This document shows positions 10,280 through 25,849 of a stretch of DNA of 64,000 bases, in pieces; the stretch's first letter is position 1, and each line of letters starts with the position of its first letter. A program made the translations under genes and the position numbers. Under the pieces are notes generated by a model that saw only the letters and a program-made list of their open reading frames with translations, made no database searches and was not told where the DNA came from. Source of the stretch: the human T2T-CHM13v2.0 reference genome, Homo sapiens. The DNA is taken from NCBI RefSeq assembly GCF_009914755.1, contig NC_060948.1. One strand, given 5' to 3'.

Positions 10280-13200
10280 ATGCTACGGTCTCGAATGGAA
10301 TAAAAATGTATGGAATGGAATGCAATGAAACGGAATCGAATGTCATAGAATGTAATGGAATGCAAAAAAATGGAATCCAAAATCATTGACTGGAAAGGCT
10401 GGATGTCGAAAGGAATTGACTCCAATGGAATGGAATCGAATGGAATGGAAGTGAATAGAATCGAACTAAATCGAATGGAATGGAATTGATAGGAACGGAA
10501 TGGAAAGGAATGCAATGATTTGGCATGGAATGGAAACGAATGGTATCTAATGGAATGGAATGTAATGTAATGGAATGGAATGTATTAGAATGTAATGAAC
10601 TTTAATGGAATGTACTCGAATGGATTCGACTGGAATGGAATGTTCTGGAAGTGAATGGACTCCAATTGAATGGATTCAAACGGAATGGAATCGTACGGAA
10701 TGGAATCTAATGGAATGGAATTAAATGGAAATGAATCAAATTGAATAGCACGGAATTGAATTGAATGGAATGGAATGCAATGGAATCTAATGAAACGGAA
10801 AGGAAAGGAATGGAATGGAATGGAATGGGCTGGAATGGAAAGGAATCGAAACGAATGGAATGGAATCGAACTGAAGAGACTGGAATGGAATGCACTGGAA
10901 TGGAAGGGAGTGTAATGGAAGGTTCTCGAAAAAAATGGAATCGAATGGAATGGAATTGAATGGAACGGAATAGAGTCGAATGGAATTGAATGGAATGGAA
11001 TGGACTAGAGTGAAATGGAATCGAACCACAAGGAATGGACAGGAATAGAATGGTCTCGAATTGAATGGAATCGTATGGAATGGCATCAAACGGAATGGAA
11101 TGGACAGCCACGGAATGGAATGCACTCGAATGCAATGGAGTCGAAACTAATGGACTGGAATAGAATGGACTCGACTGGTACGGACTCCAATGGAATGGAA
11201 TCGAATGGAAGGGAATCGAACGGAATGGACTCGAAGGGAAAAGACTGCAATGGAAAGGTCTCGAATGGAATGGAAATTAATGGAATGGAATGGAATCGAA
11301 TGAAATGGAGTCAAAAGGAATGGAATCGAATGGCAAGAAATCGAATGTAATGGAATCGCAAGGAATTGATGTGAACGGAACGGAATGGAATGGAATCCAA
11401 AGGAATGGAATAGAATGGAATGGAATCGAATGGAAAGGACTCGAATGGAAATCACTCGAATAGAATGCAATTTAATAAAATAGGATCAAATGTAATGGAA
11501 TGGAATGGAAAGGAATCGAAACGAAAGGAATGGAGACAGATGGAATGGAATGGAACAGAGAGCAATGGTATAGAATGGAATGGAATCATCTGGAATGGAA
11601 TTGAATGGAATGGAATAATATGAAATGGAATGGAATGGAATGGAATGGAATGCCCTTGAATTAAATGGACTGGAATGGAATGGACTCGAACAGAGTGGAA
11701 TGGAAAGTGTTGAGATAGAATGGAATGGACTCCTTCGGAATGGTGTAGTATGCAATGCAATCGACTGGCAGGGAATCAAAAGGAATGTAATCGAATGGAT
11801 TGGACTGGAATGCAATGGACTCGAATAGATTGGAAACGGAATGCAAAGGAATGGAATGGAATAGTATGGAATGGAATGGAAAGGAATGGAGTGGAATAGA
11901 CTAGAGTGGAATGGAATGGACTGGAAATCAATGGACTGGAATGGAACTTTCTTGAATGGACTGGAATCAAACGGAATGGAATGCAATGCAATCAAATGGC
12001 ATAGAATAAGATAGAATGAAAGAGAATCAAATGGAATTGAATGGAATGGAATCGAATGGATTGGAAAGGAATAGAATGGAATGGAATGGAATTGACTCAA
12101 ATGGAATGGACTAGAATGGAATGGATTCGAATGGAAGGCAAAGGAATGGAATCTATTGGAATGGACTGTAATGGAATGCAATGGAAGGGATTGGAATGGA
12201 CTCGAATGGAATGGACTGCAATAGAAAGGATTCGAATGGAATGAAAAAGAATTGAATGGAATAGAACAGAATGGAATCAAATCGAATGAAATGGAATGGA
12301 ATAGAAAGGAATGGAATGAAATGGAATGGAAAGGATTCGAATGGAATGCAAACGAATGGAATGGAATCGAACGGAATGGAATAAAATGGAAGAAAACTGG
12401 CAAGAAATGGAATTGAAATGAATGGAGTGTTATGGAAGGGACTCAAAAGGAATTGAATGTAATAGAATGGAGTGGAGTGGACTCGAATATAATGGACTGG
12501 AATGGAATGAAATCACATGGAATGGGAACGAATGGAATGGAATGGAAAGGAATGGAATCGAATGGAAAGGAATCGAATGGAAGGGAATGAAATTTAACCA
12601 ACAGGAATGGAACGGAATAGAATAGACCGTAATGGAATGGACTCGAATAGAATGGACACTAATGCTCAAATTGAATGGACTCGAATGGAATGGAAACGAA
12701 AGGAATGTCATCGAATGGAATTGAATCGATTGGAATGAAATCGCATAGAATGGAGTGGAATCAAATGGAATTGAATCGAAAGGAAAGGAAGCGAATGGAC
12801 TGAAATGAAATGGAATGGAATTGAATGGAAAGTAATGCAATGGAATAGAATGGAACGAAATTTCACGGAATGGAATCAAACTGAATGGAATCAAATCAAT
12901 GGAATCAAATCAAATGGAATGGAAAGGAATTGAATGGAGTAGATTGGATTGGATGGGATTGGAATGAAATGTACTGGAAAGGACTCGAATTTCATGAAAC
13001 GGAATGGAATGAATTGGAACGGAATGGACTCGAATGGAATGGAATGTCATGGAATGGCATCAAATGGAATGGCATCAAATGGAATGGAATCGAATGCAAT
13101 GGAATGCTATGGAATGGAATGGAATGCATTGGAATGGAATGTCCTCTAATGGAATGGATTCGAGTGGAATGGAATCGAATATAATGGAGTCGAATGAAAT

Positions 13201-16200
13201 GGAATTGAAAAGAATGGGATCGAATACAATGGAATATACTGGAATGTAATGTAATGAACTCGAATGTAATTGACTGGAATGGAATGTATATGAATGGAAT
13301 GTAATCGAATGGAAAGTAATCCAATGGAATAGAATCTAATGCAATAAAATCGACTCAGATAGAGTAGAATGTAATGGAATGGAGTGCAGTGCAATGGAAT
13401 GGAATGGAATGGAATGCAATGGAATGGAATGGAATGGAATGGAATGGGATGGAATGGTATGGAATGGATAGTAATGGACTGGAGTGAAATGGACTCAAAT
13501 TGAAAGGGCTCGAAAGGAATGGAGACAAATGGAATGGTCTGGAATGGAATGAACACGAATGTAATGCATTCCAATAGAATAGAGTCGAATGGCATGGAAT
13601 ATAAAGAAATGGAATCGAAGAGAATAGAAACAAATGGAATGGAATTGAATGGAATGGAATTGAATGGAATGGGAACGAATGGAGTGAAATTGTATGCAGT
13701 AGAAGAGAATAGAATGGAATGCAAGCGAAAGGAAAGTAATGGATTGGAATGGAATGGAATTCATTGGAATGGAAGGGAATGTAGTGTAATGGACAGGCCT
13801 GGAATAAAGTGGAAAGCTACGGTCTCGAGTGGAATAAAAATGTATGGATTGGAATGCAATGAAACGGAATCGAATGTCATAGAATGTAATGGAATGCAAA
13901 AAAATGGAATCCGAAATCATTGACTGGAAAGGCTGGGTGTCGAAAGGAATTGACTCCAATGGAATGGAATCGAATGGAATGGAAGTGAATAGAATCGAAC
14001 TAAATCGAATGGAATGGAATTGATAGGAACGGAATGGAAAGGAATGCAATGATTTGGCATGGAATGGAATCGAATGGCATCGAATGGAATGGAATGGAAT
14101 GCAATGGAATGGAATGTATTAGAATGTAATGAACTTTAATGGAATGTACTCGAAAGGATTTGACTGGAATGGAATGATCTGGAAGTGAATGGACTCCAAT
14201 GGAATGGATTCGAAAGGAATGGAATCGTACGGAATGGAATCTAATGGAATGGAATTAAATGGAAATGAATCAAATTGAATAGCACGGAATTGAATTGAAT
14301 GGAATGGAATGCAATGGAATCTAATGAAACGGAAAGGAAAGGAATGCAATGGAATGGAATGGGCTGGAATGGAAAGGAATCGAAACGAATGGAATGGAAT
14401 CGAACTGAAGAGACTGGAATGGAATGCACTGGAATGGAAGGGAGTGTAATGGAAGGTTCTCGAAAAAAATGGAATCGAATGGAATGGAATTGAGTGGAAC
14501 GGAATAGAGTCGAATGGAATTGAATGGAATGGAATGGACTAGAGTGAAATGGAATCGAACCACAAGGAATGGACAGGAATAGAATGGTCTCGAATTGAAT
14601 GGAATCGTATGGAATGGCATCAAACGGAATGGAATGGACAGCCACGGAATGGAATGCACTCGAATGCAATGGAGTCGAAACTAATGGACTGGAATAGAAT
14701 GGACTCGACTGGTACGGACTCCAATGGAATGGAATCGAATGGAAGGGAATCGAACGGAATGGACTCGAAGGGAAAAGACTGCAATGGAACGGTCTCGAAT
14801 GGAATGGAAATTAATGGAATGGAATGGAATCGAATGAAATGGAGTCAAAAGGAATGGAATCGAATGGCAAGAAATCGAATGTAATGGAATCGCAAGGAAT
14901 TGATATGAACGGAACGGAATGGAATGGAATCCAAAGGAATGGAATAGAATGGAATGGAATCGAATGGAAAGGACTCGAATGGAAATCACTCGAATAGAAT
15001 GCAATTTAATAAAATAGGATCAAATGTAATGGAATGGAATGGAAAGGAATCGAAACGAAAGGAATGGAGACAGATGGAATGGAATGGAACAGATAGCAAT
15101 GGTATACAATGGAATGGAATCATCTGGAATGGAATTGAATGGAATGGAATAATATGAAATGGAATGGAATGGAATGGAATGGAATGCCCTTGAATTAAAT
15201 GGACTGGACTCGAACAGAGTGGAATGGAAAGTGTTGAGATAGAATGGAATGGACTCCTTTGGAATGGTCTAGTATGCAATGCAATCGACTGGCAGGGAAT
15301 CAAAAGGAATGTAATGGAATGGATTGGACTGGAATGCAATGGACTCGAATAGATTGGAAACGGAATGCAAAGGAATGGAATGGAATAGTATGGAATGGAA
15401 TGGAAAGGAATGGAGTGGAATAGACTAGAGTGGAATGGAATGGACTGGAAAGCAATGGACTGGAATGAAACTTTCTTGAATGGACTGGAATCAAACGGAA
15501 TGGAATGCAATGCAATCAAATGGCATGGAATAAGATAGAATGAAAGAGAATCAAATGGAATTGAATCGAATGGAATCGAATGGATTGGAAAGGAATAGAA
15601 TGGAATGGAATGGAATTGACTCAAATGGAATGGACTAGAATGGAATGGATTCGAATGGAAGGCAAAGGAATGGAATCTATTGGAATGGACTGTAATGGAA
15701 TGGAATGGAAGGGATTGGAATGGACTCGAATGGAATGGACTGTAATAGAAAGGATTCGAATGGAATGAAAAAGAATTGAATGGAATAGAACAGAATGGAA
15801 TCAAATCGAATGAAATGGAATGGAATAGAAAGGAATGGAATGAAATGGAATGGAAAGGATTCGAATGGAATGCAATCGAATGGAATGGAATCGAACGGAA
15901 TGGAATAAAATGGAAGAAAACTGGCAAGAAATGGAATCGAAATGAATGGAGTGTTATGGAACGGACTCAAAAGGAATTGAATGTAATAGAATGGAGTGGA
16001 GTGGACTCGAATATAATGGACTGGAATGGAATGAAATCACATGGAATGGGAACGAATGGAATGGAATGGAAAGGAATGGAATCGAATGGAAAGGAATCGA
16101 ACGGAAGGGAATGAAATTGAATCAACAGGAATGGAAGGGAATAGAATAGACTGTAATGGAATGGACACGAATAGAATGGACACGAATGCTCAAATTGAAT

Positions 16201-19200
16201 GGACTCGAATGGAATGGAAAGGAAAGGAAAGTCATCGAATGGAATTGAATCGATTGGAATGAAATCGCATAGAATGGAGTGGAATCAAATGGAATTGAAT
16301 CGAAAGGAAAGGAAGCGAATGGACTGAAATGAAATGGAATGGAATTGAATGGAAAGTAATGCAATGGAATAGAATGGAACGAAATTTCACGGAATGGAAT
16401 CAAACTGAATGGAATCAAATCAATGGAATCTAATCAAATTGAATGGAAAGGAATTGAATTTAGTATATTGGATTGGATGGGATTGGAATGAAATGTACTG
16501 GAAAGGACTCGAATTTCATGAAACGGAATGGAATGAATTGGAACGGAATGGACTCGAATGGAATGGAATGACATGGAATGGCATCAAATGGAATGGCATC
16601 AAATGGAATGGAATCGAATACAATGGAATGCTATGGAATGGAATGGAATGCATTGGAATGGAATGTCCTCTAATGGAATGGATTCGAGTGGAATGGAATC
16701 GAATATAATGGAGTCGAATGAAATGGAATTGAAAGGAATGGGATCGAATAGAATGGAATATACTGGAATGTAATGTAATGAACTCGAATGTAATTGACTG
16801 GAATGGAATGTACATGAATGGAATGTAATCGAATATAAAGTAATCCAATGGAATAGAATCTAATGCAATAAAATCGACTCAGATAGAGTAGAATGTAATG
16901 GAATGGAGTGCAGTGCAATGGAATGGAATGGAATGGAATGCAATGGAATGGAATGGAATGGAATGGAATGGAATGGGATGGAATGGGGTGGAATGGTATG
17001 GAATGGATAGTAATGGACTGGAGTGAAATGGACTGGAAAGGAATGGACTCAAATTGAAAGGGCTCGAAAGGAATGGAGACAAATGAAATGGTCTGGAATG
17101 GAATGAACACGAATGTAATGCAATCCAATAGAATGGAGTCGAATGGCATGGAATATAAAGAAATGGAATCGAAGAGAATGGAAACAAATGGAATGGAATT
17201 GAATGGAATGGAATTGAATGGAATGGGAACGAATGGAGTGAAATTGTATGCAGTAGAAGAGAATAGAATGGAATGCAAGCGAAAGGAAAGGAATGGATTG
17301 GAATGGAATGGAATTCATTGGAATGGAAGGGAATGTAGTGTAATGGACAGGCCTGGAATAAAGTGGAATGCTACGGTCTCGAATAGAATAAAAATGTATG
17401 GAATGGAATGCAATGAAACGGAATCTAATGTCATAGAATGTAATGGAATGCAAAAAAATGGAATCCAAAATCATTGACTGGAAAGGCTGGGTGTCGAAAG
17501 GAATTGACTCCAATGGAATGGAATCGAATGGAATGGAAGTGAATAGAATCGAACTAAATCGAATGGAATGGAATTGATAGGAACGGAATGGAAAGGAATG
17601 CAAGGATTTGGCATGGAATGGAATCGAATGGCATCGAATGGAATGGAATGGAATGCAATGGAATGGAATGTATTAGAATGTAATGAACTTTAATGGAATG
17701 TACTCGAATGGATTCGACTGGAATGGAATGTTCTGGAAGTGAATGGACTCCAATGGAATGGATTCAAAAGGAATGGAATCGTACGGAATGGAATCTAATG
17801 GAATGGAATTAAATGGAAATGAATCAAATTGAATAGCACGGAATTGAATTGAATGGAATCGAATGCAATGGAATCTAATGAAACGGAAAGGAAAGGAATG
17901 GAATGGAATGGAATGGGCTGGAATGGAAAGGAATCGAAACGAATGGAATGGAATCGAACTGAAGAGACTGGAATGGAATGCACTGGAATGGAAGGGAGTG
18001 TAATGGAAGGTTCTCGAAAAAAATGGAATCGAATGGAATGGAATTGAATGGAACGGAATAGAGTCGAATGGAATTGAATGGAATGGAATGGACTAGAGTG
18101 AAATGGAATCGAACCACAAGGAATGGACAGGAATAGAATGGTCTCGAATTGAATGGAATCGTATGGAATGGCATCAAACGGAATGGAATGGACAGCCACG
18201 GAATGGAATGCACTCGAATGCAATGGAGTCGAAACTAATGGACTGGAATAGAATGGATTCGACTGGTACGGACTCCAATGGAATGGAATCGAATGGAAGG
18301 GAATCGAACGGAATGGACTCGAAGGGAAAAGACTGCAATGGAAAGGTCTCGAATGGAATGGAAATTAATGGAATGGAATGGAATCGAATGAAATGGAGTC
18401 AAAAGGAATGGAATCGAATGGCAAGAAATCAAATGTAATGGAATCGCAAGGAATTGATGTGAACGGAACGGAATGGAATGGAATCCAAAGGAATGGAATA
18501 GAATGGAATGGAATCGAATGGAAAGGACTCGAATGGAAATCACTCGAATAGAATGCAATTTAATAAAATAGGATCAAATGTAATGGAATGGAATGGAAAG
18601 GAATCGAAACGAAAGGAATGGAGACAGATGGAATGGAATGGAACAGAGAGCAATGGTATAGAATGGAATGGAATCATCTGGAATGGAATTGAATGGAATG
18701 GAATAATATGAAATGGAATGGAATGGAATGGAATGGAATGGAATGCCCTTGAATTAAATGGAATGGACTCGAACAGAGTGGAATGGAAAGTGTTGAGATA
18801 GCATGGAATGGACTCCTTCGGAATGGTCTAGTATGCAATGCAATCGACTGGCAGGGAATCAAAAGGAATGTAATCGAATGGATTGGACTGGAATGCAATG
18901 GACTCGAATAGATTGGAAACGGAATGCAAAGGAATGGAATGGAATAGTATGGAATGGAATGGAAAGGAATGGAGTGGAATAGACTAGAGTGGAATGGAAT
19001 GGACTGGAAAGCAATGGACTGGAATGGAACTTTCTTGAATGGACTGGAATCAAACGGAATGGAATGCAATGCAATCAAATGGCATGGAATAAAATAGAAT
19101 GAAAGAGAATCAAATGGAATTGAATCGAATGGAATCGAATGGATTGGAAAGGAATAGAATGGAATGGAATGGAATTGACTCAAATGGAATGGACTAGAAT

Positions 19201-22200
19201 GGAATGGATTCGAATGGAAGGCAAAGTAATGGAATCTATTGGAATGGACTGTAATGGAATGGAATGGAAGGGATTGGAATGGACTCGAATGCAATGGACT
19301 GCAATAGAAAGGATTCGAATGGAATGAAAAAGAATTGAATGGAATAGAACAGAATGGAATCAAATCGAATGAAATGGAATGGAATAGAAAGGAATGGAAT
19401 GAAATGGAATGGAAAGGATTCGAATGGAATGCAATCGAATGGAATGGAATCGAACGGAATGGAATAAAATGGAAGAAAACTGGCAAGAAATGGAATCGAA
19501 ATGAATGGAGTGTTATGGAACGGACTCAAAAGGAATTGAATGTAATAGAATGGAGTGGAGTGGACTCGAATATAATGGACTGGAATGGAATGAAATCACA
19601 TGGAATGGGAACGAATGGAATGGAATGGAAAGGAATGGAATCGAATGGAAAGGAATCGAACGGAAGGGAATAAAATTGAATCAACAGGAATGGAAGGGAA
19701 TAGAATAGACGGTAATGGAATGGACTCGAATAGAATGGACACGAATGCTCAAATTGAATGGACTCGAAAGGAATGGAAAGGAAAGGAATGTCATCGAATG
19801 GAATTGAATCGATTGGAATGAAATCGCATAGAATGGAGTGGAATCAAATGGAATTGAATCGAAAGGAAAGGAAGCGAATGGACTGAAATGAAATGGAATG
19901 GAATTGAATGGAAATTAATGCAATGGAATAGAATGGAACGAAATTTCACGGAATGGAATCAAACTGAATGGAATCAAATCAATGGAATCTAATCAAATGG
20001 AATGGAAAGGAATTGAATGGAGTAGATTGGATTGGATGGGATTGGAATGAAATGTACTGGAAAGGACTCGAATTTCATGAAACGGAATGGAATGAATTGG
20101 AACGGAATGGACTCGAATGGAATGGAATGTCATGGAATGGCATCAAATGGAATGGCATCAAATGGAATGGAATCGAATGCAATGGAATGCTATGGAATGG
20201 AATGGAATGCATTGGAATGGAATGTCCTCTAATGGAATGGATTCGAGTGGAATGGAATCGAATATAATGGAGTCGAATGAAATGGAATTGAAAGGAATGG
20301 GATCGAATACAATGGAATATACTGGAATGAAATGTAATGAACTCGAATGTAATTGACTTTAATGGAATGTACATGAATGGAATGTAATCGAATGGAAAGT
20401 AATCCAATGGAATAGAATCTAATGCAATAAAATCGACTCAAATAGAGTAGAATGTAATGGAATGGAGTGCAGTGCAATGGAATGGAATGGAATGGAATGC
20501 AATGGAATGGAATGGAATGGAATGGAATGGGATGGAATGGTGTGGAATGGATAGTAATGGACTGGTGTGAAATGGACTGGAAAGGAATGGACTCAAATTG
20601 AAAGGGCTCGAAAGGAATGGAGTCAAATGGAATGGTCTGGAATGGAATGAACACGAATGTAATGCAATCCAATAGAATGGAATCGAATGGCATGGAATAT
20701 AAAGAAATGGAATCGAAGAGAATGGAAACAAATGGAATGGAATTGAATGGAATGGAATTGAATGGAATGGGAAGGAATGGAGTGAAATTGTATGCAGTAG
20801 AAGAGAATAGAATGGAATGCAAGTGAAAGGAAAGGAATGGATTGGAATGGAATGGAATTCATTGGAATGGAAGGGAATGTAGTGTAATGGACAGGCCTGG
20901 AATAAAGTGGAATGCTACGGTCTCGAATGGAATAAAAATGTATGGAATGGAATGCAATGAAACGGAATCGAATGTCATAGAATGTAATGGAATGCAAAAA
21001 ATGGAATCCAAAGTCATTGACTGGAAAGGCTGGGTGTCGAAAGGAATTGACTCCAATGGAATGGAATCGAATGGAATGGAAGTGAATAGAATCGAACTAA
21101 ATCGAATGGAATGGAATTGATAGGAACGGAATGGAAAAGAATGCAATGATTTGGCATGGAATGGAATCGAATGGCATCGAATGGAATGGAATGGAATGCA
21201 ATGGAATGGAATGTGTTAGAATGTAATGAACTTTAATGGAATGTACTCGAATGGATTCGACTGGAATGGAATGTTCTGGAAGTGAATGGACTCCAATGGA
21301 ATGGATTCAAAAGGAATGGAATCGTACGGAATGGAATCTAATGGAATGGAATTAAATGGAAATGAATCAAATGGAATAGCACGGAATTGAATTGAATGGA
21401 ATCGAGTGCAATGGAATCTAATGAAACGGAAAGGAAAGGAATGGAATGGAATGGAATGGGCTGGAATGGAAAGGAATCGAAATGAATGGAATGGAATCGA
21501 ACTGAAGAGACTGGAATGGAATGCACTGGAATGGAAGGGAGTGTAATGGAAGGTTCTCGAAAAAAATGGAATCGAATGGAATGGAATTGAATGGAACGGA
21601 ATAGAGTCGAATGGAATTGAATGGAATGGAATGGACTAGAGTGAAATGGAATAGAACCACAAGGAATGGACAGGAATAGAATAGTCTCGAATTGAATGGA
21701 ATCGTATGGAATGGCATCAAACGGAATGGAATGGATAGCCACGGAATGGAATGCACTCCAATGCAATGGAGTCGAAACTAATGGACTGGAATAGAATGGA
21801 CTCGACTGGTACGGACTCCAATGGAATGGAATCGAATGGAAGGAAATCGAATGGAATGGACTCGAAGGGAAAAGACTGCAATGGAATGGTCTCGAATGGA
21901 ATGGAAATTAATGGAATGGAATGGAATCGAATGAAATGGAGTCAAAAGGAATGGAATCGAATGGCAAGAAATCGAATGTAATGGAATCGCAAGGAATTGA
22001 TGTGAAAGGAACAGAATGGAATGGAATCCAAAGGAATGGAATAGAATGGAATGGAATCGAATGGAAAGGACTCGAATGGAAATCACTCGAATAGAATGCA
22101 ATTTAATAAAATAGGATCAAATGTAATGGAATGGAATGGAAAGGAATCGAAACGAAAGGAATGGAGACAGATGGAATGGAATGGAACAGAGAGCAATGGT

Positions 22201-25200
22201 ATAGAATGGAATGGAATCATCTGGAATGGAATTGAATGGAATGGAATAATATGAAATGGAATGGAATGGAATGGAATGGAATGCCCTTGAATTAAATGGA
22301 CTGGAATGGAATGGACTCGAACAGAGTGGAATGGAAAGTGTTGAGATAGAATGGAATGGACTCCTTTGGAATGGTGTAGTATGCAATGCAATCGACTGGC
22401 AGGGAATCAAAAGGAATGTAATCGAATGGATTGGACTGGAATGCAATGGACTCGAATAGATTGGAAACGGAATGCAAAGGAATGGAATGGAATAGTATGG
22501 AATGGAATGGAAAGGAATGGAGTGGAATAGACTAGAGTGGAATGGAATGGACCTGAAAGCAATGGACTGGAATGGAACTTTCTTGAATGGACTGGAATCA
22601 AACGGAATGGAATGCAATGCAATCAAATGGCATGGAATAAAATAGAATGAAAGAGAATCAAATGGAATTGAATCGAATGGAATCGAATGGATTGGAAAGG
22701 AATAGAATGGAATGGAATGGAATTGACTCAAATGGAATGGACTAGAATGGAATGGATTCGAATGGAAGGCAAAGGAATGGAATCTATTGGAATGGACTGT
22801 AATGGAATGGAATGGAAGGGATTGGAATGGACTCGAATGGAATGGACTGCAATAGAAAGGATTCGAATGGAATGAAAAAGAATTGAATGGAATAGAACAG
22901 AATGGAATCAAATCGAATGAAATGGAATGGAATAGAAAGGAATGGAATGAAATGGAATGGAAAGGATTCGAATGGAATGCAATCGAATGGAATGGAATCG
23001 AACGGAATGGAATAAAATGGAAGAAAACTGGCAAGAAATGGAATCGAAATGAATGGAGTGTTATGGAACGGACTCAAAAGGAATTGAATGTAATAGAATG
23101 GAGTGGAGTGGACTCGAATATAATGGACTGGAATGGAATGAAATCACAAGGAATGGGAACGAATGGAATGGAATGGAAAGGAATGGAATCGAATGGAAAG
23201 GAATCGAATGGAAGGGAATGAAATTGAATCAACAGGAATGGAAGGGAATAGAATAGACGGTAATGGAATGGACTCGAATAGAATGGACACGAATGCTCAA
23301 ATTGAATGGACTCGAATGGAATGGAAACGAAAGGAATGTCATCGAATGGAATTGAATGGATTGGAATGAAATCGCATAGAATGGAGTGGAATCAAATGGA
23401 ATTGAATCGAAAGGAAAGGAAGCGAATGGACTGAAATGAAATGGAATGGAATTGAATGGAAATTAATGCAATGGAATAGAATGGAACGAAATTTCACGGA
23501 ATGGAATCAAACTGAATGGAATCAAATCAATGGAATATAATCAAATGGAATGGAAAGGAATTGAATGGAGTAGATTGGATTGGATGGGATTGGAATGAAA
23601 TGTACTGGAAAGGACTCGAATTTCATGAAACGGAATGGAATGAATTGGAACGGAATGGACTCGAATGGAATGGAATGTCATGGAATGGCATCAAATGGAA
23701 TGGCATCAAATGGAATGGAATCGAATGCAATGGAATGCTATGGAATGGAATGCAATGCATTGGAATGGAATGTCCTCTAATGGAATGGATTCGAGTGGAA
23801 TGGAATCGAATATAATGGAGTCTAATGAAATGGAATTGAAAGGAATGGGATCGAATAGAATGGAATATACTGGAATGTAATGTAATGAACTCGAATGTAA
23901 TTGACTGGAATGGAATGTACATGAATGGAATGTAATCGAATGGAAAGTAATCCAATGGAATAGAATCTAATGCAATAAAATCGACTCAAATAGAGTAGAA
24001 TGTAATGGAATGGAGTGCAGTGCAATGGAATGGAATGGAATGGAATGCAATGGAATGGAATGGAATGGAATGGAATGGGATGGAATGGTATGGAATGGAT
24101 AGTAATGGACTGGAGTGAAATGGACTGGAAAGGAATGGACTCAAATTGAAAGGGCTCGAAAGGAATGGAGTCAAATGGAATGGTCTGGAATGGAATGAAC
24201 ACGAATGTAATGCAATCCAATAGAATGGAATCGAATGGCATGGAATTTAAAGAAATGGAATCGAAGAGAATGGAAACAAATGGAATGGAATTGAATGGAA
24301 TGGAATTGAATGGAATGGGAACGAATGGAGTGAAATTGTATGCAGTAGAAGAGAATAGAATGGAATGCAAGCGAAAGGAAAGGAATGGATTGGAATGGAA
24401 TGGAATTCATTGGAATGGAAGGGAATGTAGTGTAATGGACAGGCCTGGAATAAAGTGGAATGCTACGGTCTCGAATGGAATAAAAATGTATGGAATGGAA
24501 TGCAATGAAACGGAATCGAATGTCATAGAATGTAATGGAATGCAAAAAATGGAATCCAAAGTCATTGACTGGAAAGGCTGGGTGTCGAAAGGAATTGACT
24601 CCAATGGAATGGAATCGAATGGAATGGAAGTGAATAGAATCGAACTAAATCGAATGGAATGGAATTGATAGGAACGGAATGGAAAGGAATGCAATGATTT
24701 GGCATGGAATGGAATCGAATGGCATCGAATGGAATGGAATGTGTTAGAATGTAATGAACTTTAATGGAATGTACTCGAATGGATTCGACTGGAATGGAAT
24801 GTTCTGGAAGTGAATGGACTCCAATGGAATGGATTCAAAAGGAATGGAATCGTACGGAATGGAATCTAATGGAATGGAATTAAATGGAAATGAATCAAAT
24901 GGAATAGCACGGAATTGAATTGAATGGAATGGAATGCAATGGAATCTAATGAAACGGAAAGGAAAGGAATGGAATGGAATGGAATGGGCTGGAATGGAAA
25001 GGAATCGAAATGAATGGAATGGAATCGAACTGAAGAGACTGGAATGGAATGCACTGGAATGGAAGGAAGTGTAATGGAAGGTTCTCGAAAAAAATGGAAT
25101 CGAATGGAATGGAATTGAATGGAACGGAATAGAGTCGAATGGAATTGAATGGAATGGAATGGACTAGAGTGAAATGGAATAGAACCACAAGGAATGGACA

Positions 25201-25849
25201 GGAATAGAATGGTCTCGAATTGAATGGAATCGTATGGAATGGCATCAAACGGAATGGAATGGATAGCCACGGAATGGAATGCACTCGAATGCAATGGAGT
25301 CGAACCTAATGGACTGGAATAGAATGGACTCGACTGGTACGGACTCCAATGGAATGGAATCGAATGGAAGGGAATCGAACGGAATGGACTCGAAGGGAAA
25401 AGACTGCAATGGAGAGGTCTCGAATGGAATGGAAATTAATGGAATGGAATGGAATCGAATGAAATGGAGTCAAAAGGAATGGAATCGAATGGCAAGAAAT
25501 CGAATGTAATGGAATCGCAAGGAATTGATGTGAACGGAACGGAATGGAATGGAATCCAAAGGAATGGAATAGAATGGAATGGAATCGAATGGAAAGGACT
25601 CGAATGGAAATCACTCGAATAGAATGCAATTTAATAAAATAGGATCAAATGTAATGGAATGGAATGGAAAGGAATCGAAACGAAAGGAATGGAGACAGAT
25701 GGAATGGAATGGAACAGAGAGCAATGGTATAGAATGGAATGGAATCCTCTGGAATGGAATTGAATGGAATGGAATAATATGAAATGGAATGGAATGGAAT
25801 GGAATGCCCTTGAATTAAATGGACTGGAATGGAATGGACTCGAACAGAG

